Source: Acaryochloris marina S15 (GTDB lineage: Bacteria; Cyanobacteriota; Cyanobacteriia; Thermosynechococcales; Thermosynechococcaceae). From it: 32,000 nt of DNA. This document shows, one piece after another, positions 28,269 to 32,000 of this stretch; position 1 is the first letter of the stretch; each line of letters starts with the position of its first letter. The stretch covers positions 1,080,001-1,112,000 of the forward strand of contig NZ_CP064923.1 of the NCBI RefSeq assembly GCF_018336915.1, read 5' to 3'. Below the pieces are notes generated by a model. That model had not been told where the DNA came from, did not search any database, and saw only the letters and a list, made by a program, of their open reading frames with translations. A program made the translations under genes and the position numbers.

Positions 28269-29615
28269 ATGCCAAAAATCCTGCAAATCTTCATTCACCC
28301 CTGGCGAATTGGAGCAATTGCAGGCATCCCCCTTTATGCAGATTTCACCTGCTTGATCTCAATTGCTATGGGGTCGATTTATTTGGCTCGGATGAGTCAA
28401 GCCTTTCACCCCGAACTAGGCCAAGCCATTGGTATCATCGTTGGCTTTGCCCTCCCCATCTCTATCTTTATCCATGAGATGAGTCGAGCTTTGGCAGCGA
28501 AGCATTATCAAATCCCGGTCCAAGGGGTTTATATTCGGGGGCTGGGTGCTGTGGCCAAAACCGAGCAAACCTTTGCCCATCCCCTGCAAATGCTGGAGGT
28601 TTACTTCGCTGGAACCCTGGTGAACTTTATTTTGTATGCATGCCTCAATTTGCTCGGCAATTTATCCCTTAACTGGGGGGGGACGGCGATCATTTCCTTG
28701 AATCACATCAAGGAATTTAACTTCGTCCTAGCAATGTTTTCCCTGGTCCCTCTCGTACCTCTCAATGGTGGCTATATTTTTAGGGGACTGCAGTGGGAGT
28801 GGACCAGAAAGCAACATCCCCTGGCAGGCCATGATGTCTATGGAGCTTATATTGCCGGTGGTGGTGCGATTGCTTTAGGTCTGATCTGGTATAGCAACCA
28901 GCCTTTTTTAGGGGTATGGATGCTGTATTTGGGACTCATGACTTGCCTAAGGTACCTACTCTTTGAGGGTGAGTTTTTGCCCCTAGCCATGGAACAACGG
29001 TCTACTCGACCATTGGCGACTGCCACGGCTAATATCCAGGCAACGGCACCTCGTTCTCCCTCAGCACCCATCCGATCAACGGCCACAAAGCCCGCTATCC
29101 GACCCCTAGACTTCAGTTATTTGAATGCGGAATTTTTGTCGGTGACCGAACCGAATCAACAATTCCAGCAAGGGTTAGACTCCACCCAGGAAATGCGGTT
29201 ACAAAATGCGATCGCATCCTTCAATGCCATCCTGGAAGATACTCCCAATAATGCCTCTGCCCTCCACAATCGAGGCAATGCTTACCTGCAACTGGGGAAC
29301 AAGCAAGCTGCCCTGAGCGATTTCCAAGCTGCCCTACATTTAAAAACGGATGTTCTAGAAATCTATTTGGGTAAAGGCAATGCCCACTTTGCCCTGGGAG
29401 ATTTTCAAGGGGCAATTATGGAATACTCCGAAATTCTGAAACAAGATCCTGACCATGCTCGGGCTTATTTCAATCGGGCCAGTGCCCAGGTCTTGAATGG
29501 CAATCGCCAGTCTGCAATTGCGGATTTCAAGAAAGCACATGCCCTGTTTGCCGCCATTGCGGATCAAACCCGCACCTGTAAAATTGACCGACGTTTGCAG
29601 ATTTTAACCCCATAA
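28269..29615 (+). CDS. site-2 protease (peptidase M50) homologue with degenerate metal site, fused to C-terminal TPR repeats
   Basis: M50B architecture: GIPLY...IFIHEMSRALAAKHY...VYIRGLGAVAK...FAGTLVNF...FSLVPLVPLNGGYIFRG. HExxH reads HEMSR (cga at 28485-28487) and LDG reads LNG (aat at 28764-28766). After a Pro/Ser/Thr linker there are 3-4 TPR-like repeats (ALHNRGNAYLQLGNKQAALSDFQAAL, AYFNRASAQVLNGNRQSAIADFKKA). The ATG at 28269 is preferred to the GTG at 28263. Confidence 0.8.
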   Translation: MPKILQIFIHPWRIGAIAGIPLYADFTCLISIAMGSIYLARMSQAFHPELGQAIGIIVGFALPISIFIHEMSRALAAKHYQIPVQGVYIRGLGAVAKTEQTFAHPLQMLEVYFAGTLVNFILYACLNLLGNLSLNWGGTAIISLNHIKEFNFVLAMFSLVPLVPLNGGYIFRGLQWEWTRKQHPLAGHDVYGAYIAGGGAIALGLIWYSNQPFLGVWMLYLGLMTCLRYLLFEGEFLPLAMEQRSTRPLATATANIQATAPRSPSAPIRSTATKPAIRPLDFSYLNAEFLSVTEPNQQFQQGLDSTQEMRLQNAIASFNAILEDTPNNASALHNRGNAYLQLGNKQAALSDFQAALHLKTDVLEIYLGKGNAHFALGDFQGAIMEYSEILKQDPDHARAYFNRASAQVLNGNRQSAIADFKKAHALFAAIADQTRTCKIDRRLQILTP

Positions 29616-29722
29616 GCCCTAGCCCACCTGCTTGCTTAAAGCCCCGGCTCCAGTGAACAATAGAGAAGATTAGATGATTCTGCATCTAACCCGTCTAATT
29701 GATTCCTGAGCTGGAGAGCAAC

Positions 29723-31162
29723 GTGACCCAACAATTTGACTATGACCTGGTAATTATTGGCGCTGGTGTTGGCGGTCATGGTGCGGCTTTGCATGCGGTA
29801 GACTGTGGCCTCAAAACCGCCATTATTGAAGCTGCAGATATGGGAGGCACCTGTGTGAATCGGGGCTGCATTCCCTCCAAAGCATTGTTGGCAGCTTCTG
29901 GGCGTGTGCGTGAGCTGCGCGATCAACATCATCTGCAATCCTTAGGAATTCAGCTAGGTCAGGTCAACTTTGACCGCGGCCAAATTGCGGCCCATGCCGA
30001 TAACCTCGTGGATACCATTCGGGGCAACCTCACCAATAGCCTCACTCGCCTCAAAGTCGAGATTATTCAGGGCTGGGGCAAAGTCATGGGCAACCAAAAA
30101 GTGGTCGTCAAGTCGGATGCAGGCGAACAGACCATTACCGCTCGTGACATTATCGTTGCCAGTGGTTCCGTGCCTTGGGTTCCCCCAGGAATTGAAATTG
30201 ATGGCCGAACTGTCTTTACCAGTGACGATGCCATTCGCTTGTCCTGGCTCCCGGATTGGGTGGCTATTATTGGCAGTGGCTATATCGGCTTAGAATTTTC
30301 CGATGTCTATACCGCCCTGGGCAGTGAAGTAACGATTATCGAAGCCCTCGATACGTTAATGCCCACCTTTGACCCCGACATTGCCAAGATTGCTAAACGC
30401 GTTTTAATTGATCCGCGCGATATTGAAACCCATGCCGGTCGACTGGCCAAGAAAGTGACGCCCGGCTCCCCTGTGGTGATTGAGCTGGCGGACGTCAAGA
30501 CCAAAGAAGTGGTAGAGGTCTTGGAAGTGGATGCTTGCTTGGTTGCAACTGGGCGGATCCCAGCCACCAAGAATCTGGGTTTAGAGGCCATCAGTGTGGA
30601 TACGGATCGACGGGGCTTTATCCCGGTGAACGATCAGATGCAGGTATTGAGCCAAGGGGAAGTGGTGCCCCATGTCTATGCCATTGGTGATGCAACGGGC
30701 AAAATGATGCTCGCCCATGCCGCATCTGCCCAAGGAATTGTGGTCGTCGAGAATATCTGCGATCGCCCTCGGGATGTCGATTATCGCAGTATTCCGGCCG
30801 CTGCTTTCACTCACCCAGAAATCAGTTTTGTGGGTTTAACAGAACCCCAAGCCAAAGAGTTGGCCAAAACCGAAGGCTTCAAAATTAAAACGGTGCGATC
30901 CTATTTCAAAGCTAATTCCAAAGCTCTCGCCGAAAGTGAGGCGGATGGCCTCGCAAAACTAATCTACCGAGAAGATTCAGGGGAGATTTTGGGGGGGCAT
31001 ATCATTGGCCTCCATGCCGCTGATCTGATTCATGAAGTCTCTAATGCGGTTGCCCAAGGACAGCCGGTCCAGAGCTTAGCCCATTTGGTGCATACGCATC
31101 CCACCATTTCGGAAGTGATAGATGAGGCGTTCAAGCGAGCAGCTTCAGGCTTCGCTCCTTGA
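29723..31162 (+). CDS. lpdA: dihydrolipoyl dehydrogenase (E3)
   Basis: FAD site [15 protein letters not shown], redox disulfide [19 protein letters not shown] site [11 protein letters not shown] and C-terminal [11 protein letters not shown] 29723 gives the typical N-terminus, and TTG 29699 is the alternative. Confidence 0.93.
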   Translation: MTQQFDYDLVIIGAGVGGHGAALHAVDCGLKTAIIEAADMGGTCVNRGCIPSKALLAASGRVRELRDQHHLQSLGIQLGQVNFDRGQIAAHADNLVDTIRGNLTNSLTRLKVEIIQGWGKVMGNQKVVVKSDAGEQTITARDIIVASGSVPWVPPGIEIDGRTVFTSDDAIRLSWLPDWVAIIGSGYIGLEFSDVYTALGSEVTIIEALDTLMPTFDPDIAKIAKRVLIDPRDIETHAGRLAKKVTPGSPVVIELADVKTKEVVEVLEVDACLVATGRIPATKNLGLEAISVDTDRRGFIPVNDQMQVLSQGEVVPHVYAIGDATGKMMLAHAASAQGIVVVENICDRPRDVDYRSIPAAAFTHPEISFVGLTEPQAKELAKTEGFKIKTVRSYFKANSKALAESEADGLAKLIYREDSGEILGGHIIGLHAADLIHEVSNAVAQGQPVQSLAHLVHTHPTISEVIDEAFKRAASGFAP

Positions 31163-31248
31163 TCACAATCTGTTCTACTGGAAGCTCTTGAACAATAAGG
31201 GGGCGCTTAAATCGTTATAATTGTTGGACCCTAGCTGTTTTGGTCTCC

Positions 31249-32000
31249 ATGCAAATTCGCCGTCGTCCCCCCAGTGTGGCCATTAGTATTCAAGAGCTGC
31301 AATACAAAGTTAAAACCCCCGAAAATGAACCTCGCAATATCTTAGAGAAGATTGTTTGGTTCAAAGAAACGGAGGTGGAGCAGATGCGAGAATCTGTCTC
31401 TCTCCTAGATTTGCGCAAGCAAGTTGCCACCTGTGAACCACCTCTATCTTTCATTGAAGCGCTAAAAGACGGCAAGACTCAACCCGCTCTGATTGCTGAA
31501 GTCAAAAAAGCATCGCCTAGCAAAGGCGTCCTGCGAGAAAACTTCGATCCAGTCGCCATTGCTCAGGCCTATGAAGCGTCAGGAGCCTCTTGTCTATCCG
31601 TCTTAACAGATTCCGAATTTTTTCAAGGCAGCTTTGATTATTTGCAGCAAATTCGCGAAGCAGTCGGCATTCCCTTGCTTTGCAAAGAATTTGTGATCTA
31701 TCCCTATCAAATTTATTTAGCTCGGTCTCGGGGAGCCGATGCAGTCTTACTGATTGCCGCAATTTTGAGCGATCAAGACCTCACTTATTTTCTGAAAATC
31801 ATTAAATCGCTGGGGATGACGGCCTTAGTTGAGGTACATACCCTCCCAGAGCTAGAGCGAGTTATGAAGGTTCCTGGAGTTGAGCTGATCGGTATTAATA
31901 ACCGGGATTTAGAAACGTTTACGGTGGATTTACAGGTCACCTGCCAATTATTAGCCCAGCAGAGAGCTGCACTTCAAAACCAAAATATTCTAGTGGTGAG
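31249..32000 (+). CDS. trpC: indole-3-glycerol phosphate synthase, 3' end outside window
   Basis: The ATG at 31249 opens a frame that runs without a stop to the window edge, which is why it is absent from the ORF track. Translation contains [35 protein letters not shown] and IGINNRDL. Confidence 0.9.
   Translation, partial: MQIRRRPPSVAISIQELQYKVKTPENEPRNILEKIVWFKETEVEQMRESVSLLDLRKQVATCEPPLSFIEALKDGKTQPALIAEVKKASPSKGVLRENFDPVAIAQAYEASGASCLSVLTDSEFFQGSFDYLQQIREAVGIPLLCKEFVIYPYQIYLARSRGADAVLLIAAILSDQDLTYFLKIIKSLGMTALVEVHTLPELERVMKVPGVELIGINNRDLETFTVDLQVTCQLLAQQRAALQNQNILVV

Noticed and set aside
29636-30814. ORFs 29636-29938 (-), 29970-30293 (+), 30307-30591 (-) and 30581-30814 (-) overlapping lpdA
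   Set aside because: These are shadows of the confidently called dihydrolipoyl dehydrogenase gene.
31290-31762. Minus-strand ORFs of 61 aa and 81 aa near the right edge
   Set aside because: They are antisense to the open-ended plus-strand trpC frame, which carries unmistakable IGPS motifs. The track lists them only because trpC has no in-window stop.
1-32000. Search for tRNA/rRNA/tmRNA/RNase P/SRP-like sequences, CRISPR-type spaced repeats, IS-element terminal inverted repeats, and long (>40 nt) duplicated segments
   Set aside because: None was recognised by eye in any intergenic region. There are no T-loop GGTTCGAATCC-like motifs and no regularly spaced repeats beyond the 3 x 12-nt tract at 19098-19133. 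A covariance-model scan (Infernal/Rfam, tRNAscan) would be needed to exclude small ncRNAs in the 300-420-nt spacers at 1793-2192, 6603-6950, 9544-9845, 10998-11416 and 27474-27820.

Overview
The window reads as an ordinary core chromosomal segment of a cyanobacterium. Evidence for the taxon: 13 exact copies of the HIP1 octamer GCGATCGC, plus gap2, FtsH, type-2 IPP isomerase and NtcA-type promoter boxes. I can support 28 protein-coding genes. Two are cut by the window edges: an ABC-transporter 3' fragment at the left, and trpC at the right, which the ORF track misses because it has no in-window stop. I also support three hairpin terminators and a few short regulatory repeats. I found no rRNA, tRNA, CRISPR array, transposase, integrase or phage genes.

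I do not see a convincing new multi-gene system, and there are no defence-island hallmarks. The items most worth a second look are:
1. A nitrate-assimilation control and maturation cluster, ntcB-cnaT-mobA-narM, which sits apart from any nirA/nrt/narB genes and is preceded by two exact NtcA boxes.
2. A site-2-protease (M50) homologue in which two of the three zinc ligands are substituted (HExxH to HEMSR, LDG to LNG). It is fused to C-terminal TPR repeats and follows a STAS anti-sigma-antagonist gene.
3. Short repeat architectures in three divergent or upstream promoter regions (DUF1830/radical-SAM, ftsH, APC permease).

All protein calls come from motif recognition by eye. No database search, HMM scan or RNA folding was run, so family names are hypotheses with the stated confidence.
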